DNA of 64,000 nt from an uncultured bacterium (GCA_964410905.1 CAYPIR010000007.1:11773-75772); one strand, 5' to 3'. Counted from the stretch's first letter, positions 42,001 through 57,000 are shown. The notes: generated by a model from the sequence alone, not told the origin. Translations and numbers: made by a program.

Positions 42001-45000
42001 TGAATTTGTGGTGGTTAACGCGCGTTCTATTATTCTTGGATTAGGCGGCATTGTAGGTCTTGTTTTTACTGCTACTAATCTTGCTTTGCCAATAACATTG
42101 GCATACACAGGCTTAGCGGGCGCGGCGGCGACTGTTGTTACCGCTGCTGGCGTAACATTGATATTGGCAGTTGTAATTTCGCTGGTTTTTATGGGAATAG
42201 CCAAATATAGAAACGGTTTGCTTGAAAGAAAAGCAAAAGGCGAAATTTTTACGAATAAAATTGAAAAAGTTTTTTCTACGGACAGCAAAAAAATTGTTGG
42301 AGTCGTTTTAGGATTGGTTGGAATTTCAGCCGCCATGCCATCACTTGCGGCGGGCGCGCAATATGTTCAGCAGTCTGCGACGGCTGAATACACATCTGTT
42401 ACAACAACTTCTGAGTCGGCTTCAGTTACGGAACAATATCTCGAGACTGGGAAAACCTCTTTACCTCAGGGGATTACGGTTTCTGTTGCTGAAAAGACAG
42501 TTGCTCAAAAACCTGTAACGGCATCGCAATTAGAAGATACTGAAAAAAAAGCAGAAACACCGGTTGTTGCCGCTCCTGCTCATGATGTTTCAAAAGATGT
42601 TGTCGCGCCGCCTCCGCCTCGAGAAGATTTTACGATAACTATGGACAAAACTTCGTTTGGACCGGCTGGCATTGCTTGGAAGGTTAGCCGCGATGGAACG
42701 ACTGCGGCAGATAATGAAGAAAATTTGATTGAAGCCGTTCGGAATGCTGAAAAAGATGCCTCTATCGCGAGCGCTCAAGCGGATTTAAATGCATTTATTT
42801 ACAGAGTTGTTCAGGCTTTTGATACTGGAGCGCAAGGAAAATCTGAGGAAGATCAAAAAAGAATAACAAACGCAAAGGCCGAATTTTTAGAAGAAGCCAC
42901 AAATGGATTAGCCCAAGTTAGTGAAAACCCGCTTGATTTGAACGATGTGGTAGCAAATTTAGATGCGCTTTCTCATCGGCTTTTTGATTTGGCAGGATTG
43001 GATAGAGACGACGCGAGAATTCGCCAAAGTATTGCGGAAGACCAAGCTCAAACACGCGCTGAACTAATGGAAGACGCGTTAAGACTTTCTGAGTCTCAAG
43101 CGGAGAAAGACGCAGCGGTTGCTGTTGAAGAGCCTGTTGTGATGACAGAGGCGCTGGCCGCGGCATGGGAGGATTATGAAAAATTCAAAGCGGATACAAT
43201 AGAAAATCTTATTAACACTGAGGATGCCGAACGATTGAATGCATTTAACGATCGCGCTGACGAACTAGAAAAAAATGTTGTAACCGTAGAAGATCTTCAT
43301 CTTGCACAGTTGGAACTTGACCAAATAGCGACCATTTTTGAAGACGCTGGTGGAGATGTTATTGGCGAAGCTGCAAGCGGTGCTGGAGATGGCGCTGGAA
43401 CGCCGCCTCCTCCTCCAACATCTGAATACGGACCGGTCGTGCCGCTTCTTGCTGATATGCTTCCTGTTACTGTTCCACGACCTGCGGCTGAAGGCTCTGC
43501 TGCCGGAACAGCTGGCGCTGCGGCAGGCGCTGCAAGGGTTGTAGCCGATAAGCTTGTCCAAGTTGACGCTAAAAGAGTTGCCAAAGATGTGTCAGTAAGC
43601 GGACCTGTTGCGTTTTCTAAGGAAATTATTAGAAGAACTATCGCGGGCGATCAGCTGCATGAGCCTATGGGACTCTCGGTTGCGACAATCTTGTTTGCCG
43701 AAGACCATCAAGCACCACATGTAATTGCTATGGCTCAAGAGGCGGAAAATTACAAGGATTACTCAGAAGATTATAAATCTTGGGGAACATTTCTAACCGC
43801 TGGCGTTCGTTCGGTTTTGACAAAACATGAAGAAACAAAAACTTACAAAACCCAAACTATCGAAAAAGGCGAAAGGCTTGTTGATATTGATGACGAATAC
43901 GACTTCGGGCTAGGGCTTACAGAATTAGAAACATATAGTTATATGAAGACGAATGTAAGCAGCGTAACTTCTAAGGTCGAAGAACCATTTGTTGCTTCCG
44001 CGTCTGCCGGCATAAAAACAGGCAGCGCTGAGATTAAAGAAGATAAACTTAAAAAACTGCAGGTCGAACAAACGCGGTTGAGCGCGAAGCATGCTTATAT
44101 TGAACAGCAAATGGATAAACTTTTTCATATGGTTGAAATTGTTACCGCTAACCGCTCCCTTGAAACCATACAAGAAAATGAAAAACTTCTTCGTGAGCTA
44201 AAACGAAAGCAAGAAAAATTAAGCGGCATAAGCGCGGAGGTGAAGGCTCGCAGTAAATCTCTTGATGTGGCGCTTGATGGCTTAGAGGTTGCGAAGAATG
44301 ATATTGCAAAAGAGCGCGACAGGCATGCCGCTCATATAGCCTATTTATCAGGCCGCGCGGACATCAGCAATTCCGAAGATTTTATGAAATTTGTTAATGG
44401 TCTGACTTTTAAGAAAATTGAAGAAGATATTTCCGGCAGCCATTTGCCTACAGATATGGCGAGAGTTGTTGTGCAATCGGCACGCAATTATGTTTTGATG
44501 CGCGTTGCTGAACAAGACAAAATAGCAGGGTTAAGTTGGCAATTAACTACGCCGGAAATAGGCGTAAGTTACGGCTCTGAATACGGGTGGAACTTGCGTG
44601 CCAATTTGTTTACATTTGACGCGCAATGGTCATATAGAGATTTTCAAAAAAACAAAGCAAAAATTTTTAAATCCGAAGCGGCTGCGGCAGATGTTTTGAG
44701 CCGCTTGCTTGATGAGGTGGAAAAGGCGCAGCTTGATCGCAGCCGGATTGATGATGTCCGAAAATCAATAGAAGAATTGAAGGCTCAAAAGGATGCTCAG
44801 CAAGCAATAGTTGAGAGCCTTTTTTCTGATCCTACCGGAAAGTCTATTCGGGATGAAGATTCTAATGCGGCACTAGTAAAATTGTTGAAAATACAAAGAC
44901 TTTTAATAGCGGCGGAAGGCGACGCGTATCAAAGAAATGTTGCCGCACAAGAACTTGATACTGTTATCCGCAATGTATCACAAGCCATAAACGAATTGTC

Positions 45001-48000
45001 GGTTAAGTTTCCCAAAGTCGCTAAACAACTAGATGTGAAGGCTAAACTTGAACGACTTCAAGAGGCCGCAAGACAAACAGCGAAAGAACGAAACTTAGAA
45101 CTTGCTCAGACTGCGGATGCTCTTTATAGGAAATATAAGGATTTAGACAACCGTGTTCACATCGATGCGTTTGTCGATGGCTTGCTTGCGGGCAACACTC
45201 GCATTGCCGCGGGACAATTCGCATCGATTGCGCGCCGCGCGGATTATGTCAGGAGTGAATATTTTCGCGTTTTTGGCTACGCGAATGCCGGCGTAAGTGT
45301 TTCATTAAGCGATACAGGCGTAAAAACTAAGACAACAAATATTGGTTTAGGCTTTGATATTCCGATTTTAGATTGGACGCGAAGTTCGGAGGCTATCTCT
45401 AAAGAAGCGGCGCAAAGAGCTAGTGTTTTGACAAAAACAGATGTTGATATGCGTTTGCATTTTCAAACTAATGAGCTTCTCAGAAGAATTGCTAATTTGA
45501 CAGAAGAACGGCAAAGAGTTGAAGAAAAAATTGCGAATGAAGAAAGTAAATCAAAAAAAATTGAAGAAGGAATTGAAATCCGAGCAAAAGAAGTTACGGA
45601 CGGCTCAGACTTGAGCCAGCAATCCAAACTTGCAAGACAAGCCGCGCGTTTGAGCCTTCTTGAAGCGCAGAGAGAGCTTGCCGCTTTGGATGAAAACCGA
45701 AATGCCGCCGTGATGATGCTGCGGCATCTGACTGATACGCATCTTGATTCTGATAATGTCGCCGTGTTGTCTAAAGAAGCGGAATTAAAACTTGATGATT
45801 CTAACTATGTTGAGAGTCTTGGGAAATTTCAAAATCCCGCGTTTGGATTTTTATCACTTGACGGAAAAATCACTCAAGAGGCCGTCCCTACAATTAAAAA
45901 AATGCTTAGTGTTACGCATAGTTTGATGAGCGAAATGACTAAAAAACTTAATGGTTTGAAACGCGCGAATCCAAACTATGAACAAAAATTAAAAGAGCTT
46001 GAGGAGGAACGAAAATCTTTGGATGCTGAAGCGGAGCAGCTCTTAAAAGAAAAGCCTCAGCAAAAAGATTTTGAAAACAAAAAAGACTTTAATAAAGCGG
46101 AAAAAGCATGGGAAGCAAAACGTAGTAGTTATGCGGAAAAATTAGCAAAAAATAATAAAAACAAACTGCCTCTTTCAGCGATTAGAGATTTAGAAAAAAC
46201 TCTTTCTCAATTTCAATCGGCGGAACGTGATTTGAATGAACTCAGCCTATCACCCGACGGCGATCAAACGGATGCTGTCCGCGGCATGCTTATCAATATT
46301 TTAAATGCCTCTGATAGTTATGTTACTTCTGATTATTTATTGCACAAATTCTTCACGCTTGGAGCGTATGATTCTCGCGACGCGTTTTATGAAGAGATTA
46401 GAACTTTGCTTGGAATTATTGCCGATAAAACGGCGGTGCGGGGAATTGTCGGCAGAATAGCAGCCAACGAAGAAGCTTTTGTAAAAATTGAAGAAGCGTG
46501 GAATGTCCTAAAATCGCCGCTTACTATTTCGCTTGGCGCGACATTTCAGGCTACATGGGGCGGGAATAGCGGGACATCTGTTTCCGGTTCGTTCGGAGGA
46601 GTTTTAAGTCATTTATTTTATGCTCCCGCAAGTTATTTGGGGCTCACGAGTGATACTCGAAATCAAATTGCCGGCGAACTTTTGCGCGAGGGTGCCCGCA
46701 ATGTTTTGAAAACTGCGGAAGCTCATCAAAAAGAAGATGTCGCGGTTCGGAATGTCCAAAAGAGGATTGGTGTTTTATCAAGCCGAGTTAAGTTGTATGA
46801 GCGCTTGAGAGATGAATTTACGAAAATGCAAACGGAAGTTGCGCGAAAAAATAAAACTATGGGTTTTGCGAATCTGGTGCGTAAATTATTTTTGAATAAT
46901 AGAGTGAGTGAGGAAAATCTTAATCTTAAAGTTTTAGAATACCAGATTCGTATCGAAAAAGACCAGGCATCTATTGACGCACTTAAAGATGAACTAAGAG
47001 ATACGCTTAACAACACATCTGAAGTTGAGGGAAGCGCCGGTTTTCAAGAAGGCGCGGCAGAATTTGCCGTAACAGAGCAGAGTATTAAAAATCAGTTGGA
47101 AGAGTTGGGCGCTCAAAGCCCTGAACAGCGTCTTGCGACACTTGACAGTATTGTGTCCGCTAACACGGCAAATTTAAGCATTGGGGGCGGCGCGAGATTT
47201 TCTAACGCGATTAGTTCTGCGGGCTCGTCTTTCAACCGAGATTTGGGTGTTTTTTATCAAAAACTTGATGCTGACTCAGGAACGCCGGGCGCTTCCGGCA
47301 ACCGTTATTTTGCAATGAACATTGATGTGTTGTCATTTGCGGGAAATCGCAGTGAAACATTCGCGCTTTTAATGGTGCACGATGAAAGCGAACGAGGAAC
47401 TTTAAGCCGCGAAAAACAAGCGCAAATTCAGGCGCAGGCTCTTGAATTACTTAGAGCGGTTTATCACGCGCGTGTCGCAAATAATGTTTATCGTGAAATT
47501 TCTAAAAGCGCCATTGGTATACATGCGCTTGAAAGAGTTTTAAATTTAAGCCGTGCTGAAAACGCTATGAAAGCAATGGCGGCATCGGCTTTAGGCAATG
47601 TTAGAGAAATTGAGGCCCTCGAGACTGTGAGTTCGCAAATTGCTAGATTAATGGCGGAACTTGGTTTGGCGGATTCTGACAGCGCTTTGAAAAATAAGGA
47701 ATTTTTGAGCCGGCTCAATGGGCTTGTAGCTGCAGCAGGCGATGACATTACAGCGGAAAGCGAAAAACTAACAAAGTTGGCCGCGGAACTTGGCGTTAAT
47801 TTTGATTTAATAGAAGGCTTAGACCTTAGCAAAACTATTTTGGAAGAGAACAAACTTACTCCAGCAACGTATCGCGCCTTGTTGCGTGAAGAAATTGCGC
47901 GGCAATTTGTCAAAACTCTAAAAAACAGCCGTTTTCAATTCACCGCCCGCGGCGGATTTCGCCAGCCGACTCGCGTGTCAGATTTTTCTGCGGCTGAACC

Positions 48001-51000
48001 TCTTGTTGAATTTGGCGTGTCGGCAATTATTCACGATTCTAATGTTGCGGCTGCTGAAAAATTTCATACTAAATGGATAGAAATTGAAAAAATTAAAAGC
48101 GTCCAAGCAAAATTAAAAGATAATAAAACATGGAAAGATATTGCCCGCGACATTAAGTATCTCAGCCAAGAAATTGAACAACGTTTGAAAACTGTTAAGG
48201 ACGCGGAAGAGTTGTATCGCATCGAAGGCGGAATTGGCCGTCAATTCGGCTACGACGACGCGCCTAATGATGTTGTCTTTGTCTATATGAATGAACTTTT
48301 GGCGTATAAGGCCGCAGTGGATTCATATATGTCGGCGGTTCAACGCGCCAACAGTTTCTTAATTGAACAAGGCATAAAAGTTGATGATACTCAAACTTCG
48401 CCGTCTTCCGCTAAAGTTAAAGATATGATTCCAGCTTGGATTAGCGACAAAATATCTTTCTTCGATACGGGCGTCGAGGAGAAATATGAGGCAGGTAATG
48501 GCTTAAATGTTGATTTGTCTACAGCGAAGGTAAGTGCCAACACAGAGTTGATAATTGATACGCGGGTAGATGAATCTGAAAATGCTCGGGTTGAAACGCT
48601 TTATCCAGACATTTCTGGAGCTACCGCGGAGCTTTTGAAGGCTATGGGATTGGCGCCGCTTGATGGAAACGCAAATAGCGAAGAGAAGGCTGACAGAGAA
48701 GACTTGCAAATTATTGCTCAAAATATTTTAGGTCGCGTTGCGGCTAACTATGGCAAAAAAGATGCGAATGCTTGGGTCGCCGAAATCACTGAAACTTATA
48801 ACAAACTTTCTGAAAATAAGTTTTGGGATAAATCGGAATTTGCGTCTCAAAACCACCGCACTTTGGGCGAGGAAGTTTTTGGAAACCTTTTCCGCGCCGC
48901 GTTTTTTGAAACAGGGAGAGTTAATAAACTTTTGCGTAACGCGAATATCGATTTGGATAAACTTGCATTCGCGGCATTTTTGGCAAGCTTAGATGGTGCC
49001 TCTGCTACTCGTCTTTCGCCAGATGAGCGCGCGGCGTTTAGGGACGCAATCCTTCGTGATTTGCCAGCGGCGCGAAAAGCTCTTCAAGAAGACAAAAAGA
49101 ATAAAACGGGAGTTTTTCGTTGGGACGCTGTCCAATTTTCAGAAATATTGTCTTTAGCAATTTTTCACGTGAGTGATACTGAAGCTAAAAAAATGTCTTT
49201 TGAAGATATTCTTAAAAATGATGAATATAGACGCGATATTTTTGAGATTTCTCCGGAAATCAATTTTAACAATGTCTCTAACGCGATTTTGGGTTTTAAT
49301 CGCGGAGATGACTCTCGCACAACAGGTTGGGAAGAATTGGCGGCATTTTTGGCAATCGCGCAAGGGAAATACGATCCCAATACTAAAACGGTGTCTCGTA
49401 AAATACTCGATGTCGCAAATCCTGAAACTATGGCAAATGTTTTGGCGGAGGTGGGGATTGCCAAAGCGAAAGATGACACAACCGCTTATTTGATTGCGCG
49501 CATGAGACATAATTTGGAAAAATTTACAAATCTTGATCCAACTAAAGATGAGCTTGGCGAGACGACTTATAATCGGTTGGTGAAGCTTGTTGAAGATGAG
49601 GCGAATGACTTGCTTGATAAAGCGGGCGTAAGCAAAGATGATATTAAAAGACGACGTGACACGGTCGAGAAAATGCAAATTGAGGCGTTGCGTTTTGCTA
49701 AAGCGGCGGCGTATGTAAACAATATTTTATATGGAACGGGATTTGAAGCGGGGATAGACAGAAACGAATGGCTCGCGAAATCTCTTGATGAACGCGTTTC
49801 GTTGACCGAAAAAAATATGGAAGTATCAAACGGGCTAATTTCAAGAGGCATAAAGAACCATATCGGAATGGATAAATCTTTGACCCCTCGCGAACAAAAA
49901 CAGGCCGAAGCGATTGTGAACGGTCTTATATCCAGCATGGCGTTTGAAATTATGGGCGAGACTGGAAAAGATATTGGAAGAGAAGGTATCAAGAGAATAG
50001 AGGAATTAAAAAAAGAAGCCAAAGAGCTTGAAAAGAAGATCAAAGAAAAGACCCTTTCGTCTAGCGCAACTACGGCAACGTCTTCTGTGTCTACAGCAAC
50101 GGAAGATGGTTCTGTTGAGACCTCAACCTTGCCAACAACATCGGTCACTGAAAGTTCTTCTGATGTTGATGCCTTGATGGCTCGGCTTGAGCAAGTCCGG
50201 GAAAAAATTAGTGATTTTGAAAAAAATCGCGCTAAAGCAAGAGCGGATTATGAGACATTTAGGAACCTTCCTTCCGCAGACCGCGAAACGCGCTTGATAG
50301 AGTTGCAAAAAGAAATGAATGCAATTCAACCGCGTGTGGAAAAAATGCTTGGCCGAAAATTAAATCTTGGCGAAGCCGCGGACATTGCAATCCTTCGAGC
50401 TCAGGCGGAAATGATTTTGGGTGATGTCCAATCTAAATTTATGGAAGGCGGAGCATTTGGTGATGATGAAGAGGCTTGGGATGAATGGCGCGAACTAACC
50501 GTTGAAAAACGCAGACAGATTTTCACAAAAGAACTTGATTCTGCGGCGAAGCTAAAGTCTGAGCTGCAGGGGATAGGCGTTTCTTTTAACCTTTCAGATA
50601 GGGATGAAGCTGGTAATAAAATGCCAGTCGAAGAACGTGGGGAAGATTTGGGTGTTTTGCTTTCTTTAGCAAAATCGGTTTTGTCTGACAAATTATCGAA
50701 TATTGGAACCGTTTTTACAAAAGATGGAGAAATTGTTCAAGGGAAAGAAGGTTTGGCTTGGGCGATTTTGACTGCGACAAGAGATGCTGATGTTCAAAAG
50801 GCAGCTGATGAATTTTTGAATAAAACATATCCGCGGTACAACACCTTAACACCCGTTGAAAAAAGAGGCCGGATTTTCTCTGCCATCGAAGAAACATTGG
50901 CGGATCATGCTACGAGTAAGGAATTAAGCGATTTGGACAGAGAAAAGTCTGAACTTGCGGATTTGATTAAATCTAAATTGCTTGGCAGAGTCGCGTTGTA

Positions 51001-54000
51001 TGAGAAAACTGGTTCTGCAACCGTTTTTGACAGAAAAAGTTTTGATGAGTTGAAAGAGGCTACGACTGTTACCGATTTAACTGAAACAACTTGGAAAAAC
51101 TTACTTTATTCGATTTCTAACTTGCCTAAAAAATCCACAGACACTGTTATTGCTCAAGTTGAGCATTTTGGAAGAGTTGATTTAGCTAAAAACCTGTCTT
51201 TTGGAGATAAGCTAAATCAAAAACCAGATTTCTGGTTAAGCGATAGTGAAAGAACTCGCTTGATTAGAGAATTTAAAACTCTTTCTGATCGAAATAAATC
51301 AAGTGCTGATGTGCTTGCGTGGGCAACCGAACTTTTAAAAATGTCTCTTTTTAATGGTAAAACTGTTGCTGATGTCAATCGATATGCTGAAGAAATGGAA
51401 GAAGTTAGAAACTTTTTGCAAGCGGCGTATAAATTGTATTCCGGGGCAGATTTGCCTTTGGGCGATCTTTCAGCATTTGCAAATGATGTCATAACTGCGG
51501 AAATGGATGTCAGACAGGAACAAGAAAGAAACAATGCGCGTTTAGGGCGGAAATTGACTGAAGCTGAAAAATTGTCCCAGCAACTAGAAGTTTTTGCTGT
51601 TAGATACCGTTATGGACATAAGCTCAAACTTTACGGCTTGGCTGAAGCGGCTTATGAGGGGAGAGAAGTTGCGAGTAATCCATACAAAAATAAAAACGAT
51701 CGAGTTTCTCAAATAATTTATTGGCTAAATTATTTTGGAAAAATCAATCAAGGCGATAAGTGGCAGGAGGTAAATGCTGACTGGGTTCGTCAACATCATA
51801 ATGGTTGGAGCAAACAGCAAATAGTTGGGAAAATTGAGCGGATTTTAGCGGAGCAATATGAAGGAGCTCCGCTTTTTGAACTCACCCCGGAAAGTGCTGT
51901 GAACCAACTTTATCAAGATGTTCAAGATGAGGCGATAATGGATTCAGTTATTTATATAACTCAAAAACATTTTCTCTCTAATGAAAAACTCTCAGCGCTT
52001 GTTTTCGCGGAGCGTGAAGGTAAAGAATCTATACCGCATTTCAAAATCACAAACAACGTTATGACATATGCGTATGACGTTGTCCCATTTTTACATTCGC
52101 TAGAAGACGGTGCGTGGAACGTTTCTGGGGGGTACGCAAACTATTTATTGCTTAAATATGCGACTCAACAAATTTGGGATCCGGATCTCCGTGCATTAGA
52201 AAAACCGGTTCAGGTGAATGGAAAAGATTTGGTTGTGTCTGTTAATGGCATAGATACTCCCGTAAATTTATCAGACTTAAATAATGTCTGGACAAGTTAT
52301 TTGTCTGTTTTTCGATCAGTTAGCATTCTTCAGGAACCAATTAATGAGATGGATTCAAATAAAGTTCTTTCATCGCTTTGGTTTGTTCAACAAATTAAGC
52401 AGCTTGAATCGGATTTGAAAGCTAAAGAAGCGGCAGGTGAAGAAATTGCGGTTGCTGTGAACGAGTTTATGACAGGCGTGAAGCGAGCGGAATCTGTTTT
52501 TTATCAATTTTCAAAAGATGAAGATAAGAAAAAAGATTTCATCAATAATTGGGCTAAAGACTTCTTGGTTGACCGCGAACGCCGCGCGGGGCAAAAATTT
52601 GAGAGGTATGATTTGGTTAAAATTGATGCCGAAATTAAGCACGGAAGAAAAGAGAATGCTAATAAATATGCCGCCGATGCTTTGGAAAAACATAGTCAAG
52701 AAGGTATCCGCAACGCTGCTTTTATTAGGCCTATGGTTGAGATAGTAAAAAAAGAGGCGAAACGCGGCTTTGAATATGAAATTGGAAAAGAGGATGCGAA
52801 AATTATTGCTGAGAAAATGGTTGATGAGGGCTGGGCGGCTCGTGAATTGTTACTTTTAGAGAAGGTTATTGTTCCTGCCCTTACTGAAGGCAGCTCTCTG
52901 ACTATAGAAGTACGCGGAGATATTTATAATGTAGCAGAAATTCTTTTGCAAAAAACAGAATCGGAAGAGCTTTTGAAATTGAGAGGAAGTAATCCGAAGG
53001 CGACAATTGAAAATATTTCGCTTCAAACTCTTAAAGCATCAATTGAAAAGCGTATTGAATTATATAAAAAAGTTATTGATCTTAAAAAGATTATTACGGA
53101 ACAATTTGTAAAATTTCAGGTTTATAGCAATGATGAGAAAATGTTTAAAAATGAAATTGTTAGAATTTCGACTGATGCTATTGAAAGAGGATTTCAAACA
53201 GAATCTCTCAGGCGTTGGTTTGAAACTGCGGAAACGCTTAACATGCTCAATCCTAAAGTTGATATATTGCAGACATTGTTTGTGGCTGACGGGCTTTTGC
53301 AATTAGGCCTTGCGACTCAGCCTCGTGAAAAAATAATTGAAAAGCATACAGATGCTGAAATCGCTGAAAAAATAAATGAAACCTTGGGCTGGATTTTTGC
53401 TGTGAGCGACAATACGCAACCGATGTATTCGTTGGGCGGAAAAAGCAGAACCGATTACGAAAATGAACTTACGCTTGAAAAATATATAAAAAATTATGAT
53501 TCCAAAACCCGCCAACAAATCAAAGAGGATTTGTATGCGCGAGTTACCTCGATGATTAAAAACGGTTCGCTAAGTTTTGCTGATTTGGAAAATCTGAAAA
53601 AATTAACAATTGAAAGAGTGGCGTTTTTAGTGAAAGGTGATACGGAGAGAAAATCAGACACCTTTTCAGCATATGATTTGCCTCAACCGCATCAAGTTGC
53701 GCCGCTTACTATTTTGTCGGTTTTAGATAACAGTGCAGGTGAGCCTTCTAAGCGGATTGGAATTTTAAATATTATTTTTTCTTCGCACAGAGGAGAAGTA
53801 AAAGGGGCGTCTTGGCTAAGATTTAACGACTTTAGAGATCCTTCTCGTCTTTCTGAGCAAGTAGCGGGGCAAACTGGCGCGATGGTTCGTCGTGAATTTG
53901 TTAAACTTGTTGATATTTACGATCCTGTAGATGCAGGGTTTCAATCTTGGTTTGGCAAGAATTTTCAAAAAATAAGCGAAGCTAGCGGATTTAGCAAAAA

Positions 54001-57000
54001 CTCAAAAGGTGAAGAGTCTTTGGCGAAAATTGTTCGTGGCGCGCTTATTGTCGGCACTGCTTTTTCGCTGTATGGTTTATTGGCGACGCTTATTAGGGGA
54101 AGAGTTTTTGCTGCACCTAAGTTATCAGGTTATTCAAAAGCAGAGAATGATAAGTCAAAACGTGGGGGGGCTGGAACTTCTGGTGACGCTGGTGCGAGCG
54201 GTGCCGGCGGTGATGGAGAAGGGAAAAAGCCTGTTTGGAAACAGGACCAGTCTGATAAAAATATTAAATTAATCAAAACTGGCGCGATTTTAGGTGTTGT
54301 CAGAATTTATCTCTTTAAATTTTTGCAATACTCTGCTGTTGCTGGACTTCTGCTTTTGGGGTTGGCAGTTATGCCGGCGACCGTTGGAACTTTTTCAATT
54401 TTATTTCAAATTATGTATTTGCTTATTCATTGGCAATTATTTGAACAAGCGATGTATGCATTTTTGGCATATGCATTTAGTTGGACAAGAGTATTTGCCG
54501 TTGTAGGTGTTTTGGGATCCATTTTTGTTGGAATTAGTTTTGCGCTAGGTTTGCCATGGTTGTCGGCTTTTGGAGCGATTTTAATGGCAAATCCTATTAC
54601 GGTGAGTTTGATACTAGTTTGGGTTGGTTTTTTTGCACTTGTTATGTTCTTAGGCTCTTCTAGGATGCCTTCGTCTGGCGTTCATTGGGCAAGTTTCGAT
54701 AAGTATATTAAAAACGCTCAAGATATAGAGCGGCTCTTTAGACCTGAACTTAATGATGAAAGAACTAAATTGGCGGAAGAAATGAAAGCCCAGATGGATA
54801 AAGTTGGTAAAGCGACTGACGAAACGGATAAAACTGAAGCCCAAAATAAACTAAAGGAACTTATTAGCAAGTTTAAAGAGATTACTCCATCGTTAGATAT
54901 GAATGATTTTCTCGGAGAAAACGAGAGAATTGATGCCGATCAATATGTTACAGACTTCGCACAGTCAAAACCAAATTTATCAGTTGATGAATTAGACGGA
55001 TTAATGTTGGCGCAAATCTTGACTTTAGCTTACAATAATTTTAAGCAAAAAAAATCTATTATATATTTTATGGACGACCTGATTTTGCAATATGTTAAAG
55101 CGGAAAATAGCGTGTCGGCAGAAATTACAGGAGATGAACGAACGCAGGCTGTAAAAGAAAAACTTAGAGAAATAATTAGTGCGGTCGTTAAGGGGGATAA
55201 GGCGTTTAAGAATAAGTCGGAAGAAGATCAAAAAAAGGTAATAGAAGCGCGTTTTAAACAAATTACGTCTTGGGTTGAAAGGATTAAAATTTGGCAAAAA
55301 ATGGCAGATGATGTTTTGACTTATGAAAACGGTGCGGAGAAGATAAATGGCAGCGATCGTCTCATAGTGTCTTTTTCTGGCGCAGGAGGTATGAGAAAAC
55401 CGGTAGGGAATGTTTTAGGGATTAACCAATTTACGGGTTATGGCGAAGATGGAACGCCGGGAAAATATTGGGGACAAATATCTAATGGAGGTGAGTTAGA
55501 TCCTGCAATGCTTGCTTGGCAGCCTTCTCATGATGGAAAACGTTTGCATGTTTATGGCCCAATGTATATTACGGACGTGCTGTTAAAGGCCGCAAAAGGT
55601 CAAACTCTTTCTGGTGTCGAAAAAAGTTTTATTGAAGAAGTTAAACTAGCAAAAGGACTTACTGACGAAGATTTGACGAAAATTGTCCCCGTTACAACAC
55701 ATGATAATGAACCGTTCTTTACAGGGGTTATGAAGGCGGATGGTTTTGTTGCTTATGATAGCTATGTTGCGCACGAAAGACCTGAAAACGATAAGACGGG
55801 ACTTGCGGTATTGCTACCGAAGAAATCAGATTCTGGAGAAATGATACCGCGAGTTATTTATTCGACAACTCTTGACTCAGGAAACTTTGTCAATGTTGGA
55901 ATGGATCTTTTGATGTATAAAGCGATGATCGAAAGACCTGATGCTGGAATGTTTCAAATGAACACTGGATATGTAACAGATAAATCAGACGTTCATTATG
56001 AAGAAAAAATAATATCACATCAATCTGGATTTGGGACGCAAATTTCTAACGGAAAAATTGCTGGGCAAATACGTGCGTTCGGTAAATATTCAATCAGAAC
56101 GGGTTTTGGGCGCGAATTTGGTCGTCCGCGTCCGGGCGTTCCAATGGGTTCGTATTTTTCACGCGTTATGCTTTATAGCGGAATCTTGCCTGAAATTGTA
56201 GAGACTTTCAGTGAAACAGAAACGAATATGAATATGGATGACTACAGAAAAGCCGTTTATGGAAAAATGAACGGCGGAGGCGGCTGGGTTGTTATAGTTA
56301 ACGGAGAAGACGAAATTGTAACCAATACTGCATCTGATATGTATGTTATCGCAAAGGCTATTTCTGATGAAAATGTTCTAAAACGATTGAGAGAAAAGGA
56401 TAATGTCTTGGGGCGAATGTATTTTGGACTAAAAACGCCGGTTATAGATGATGCCGCTGTTGAGCTTTTGGAGCCTGATATTTGGGAAAATCTTGCTAAG
56501 GGCGGAAATCCAATGCCTATGGGCAAGCCAGTTCTTTTAATGTGTAAAGACCGTGCGGGTATTATTGATGATACGGATTTTAATATGATTGCGGAAGACG
56601 GCAAGGCTGCAAAGTGGGGAATTATAAATGATGAAATTACGGATATTTTTAGAAATCGAGGCGGATTTGCCTTGACACCTCAGACGCGATTTTTTAACGA
56701 TCTCCCTAAAATTTCCTTGACCGTTGAAAAAAAATGGATGCAATCACTTTTGTGGTGGGCTGCTATGGGGTGCGTTCCGGGTCTCGGCGGGATTACCGGA
56801 GTTCTTGGTGCGTTGCTCTTGACAGCGATTGTGTTAGGGACGTTGATGTCTGCGCCGTTTATTGGAATTTTGCAATATTATTGGGCAAAGACAGTCAATG
56901 TTGTTAAGGAGCCGGGTAAGGCATTTAAAACGTATATTTTGGAGCCGATAGTTGATATTTTGGGAATGTTTGGAGAAAAATTTGGCAATAGCGGTCCTGA

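Noticed and set aside
41899-42336. Antisense and off-frame ORFs inside the giant gene, for example 41899-42336 (-), 47488-47913 (-), 49154-49678 (-), 49567-50148 (-) and 49173-49493 (+).
   Set aside because: They are all embedded in the continuous 23.7 kb + frame and have no RBS or domain signatures. They are typical shadow ORFs of a long coding region.
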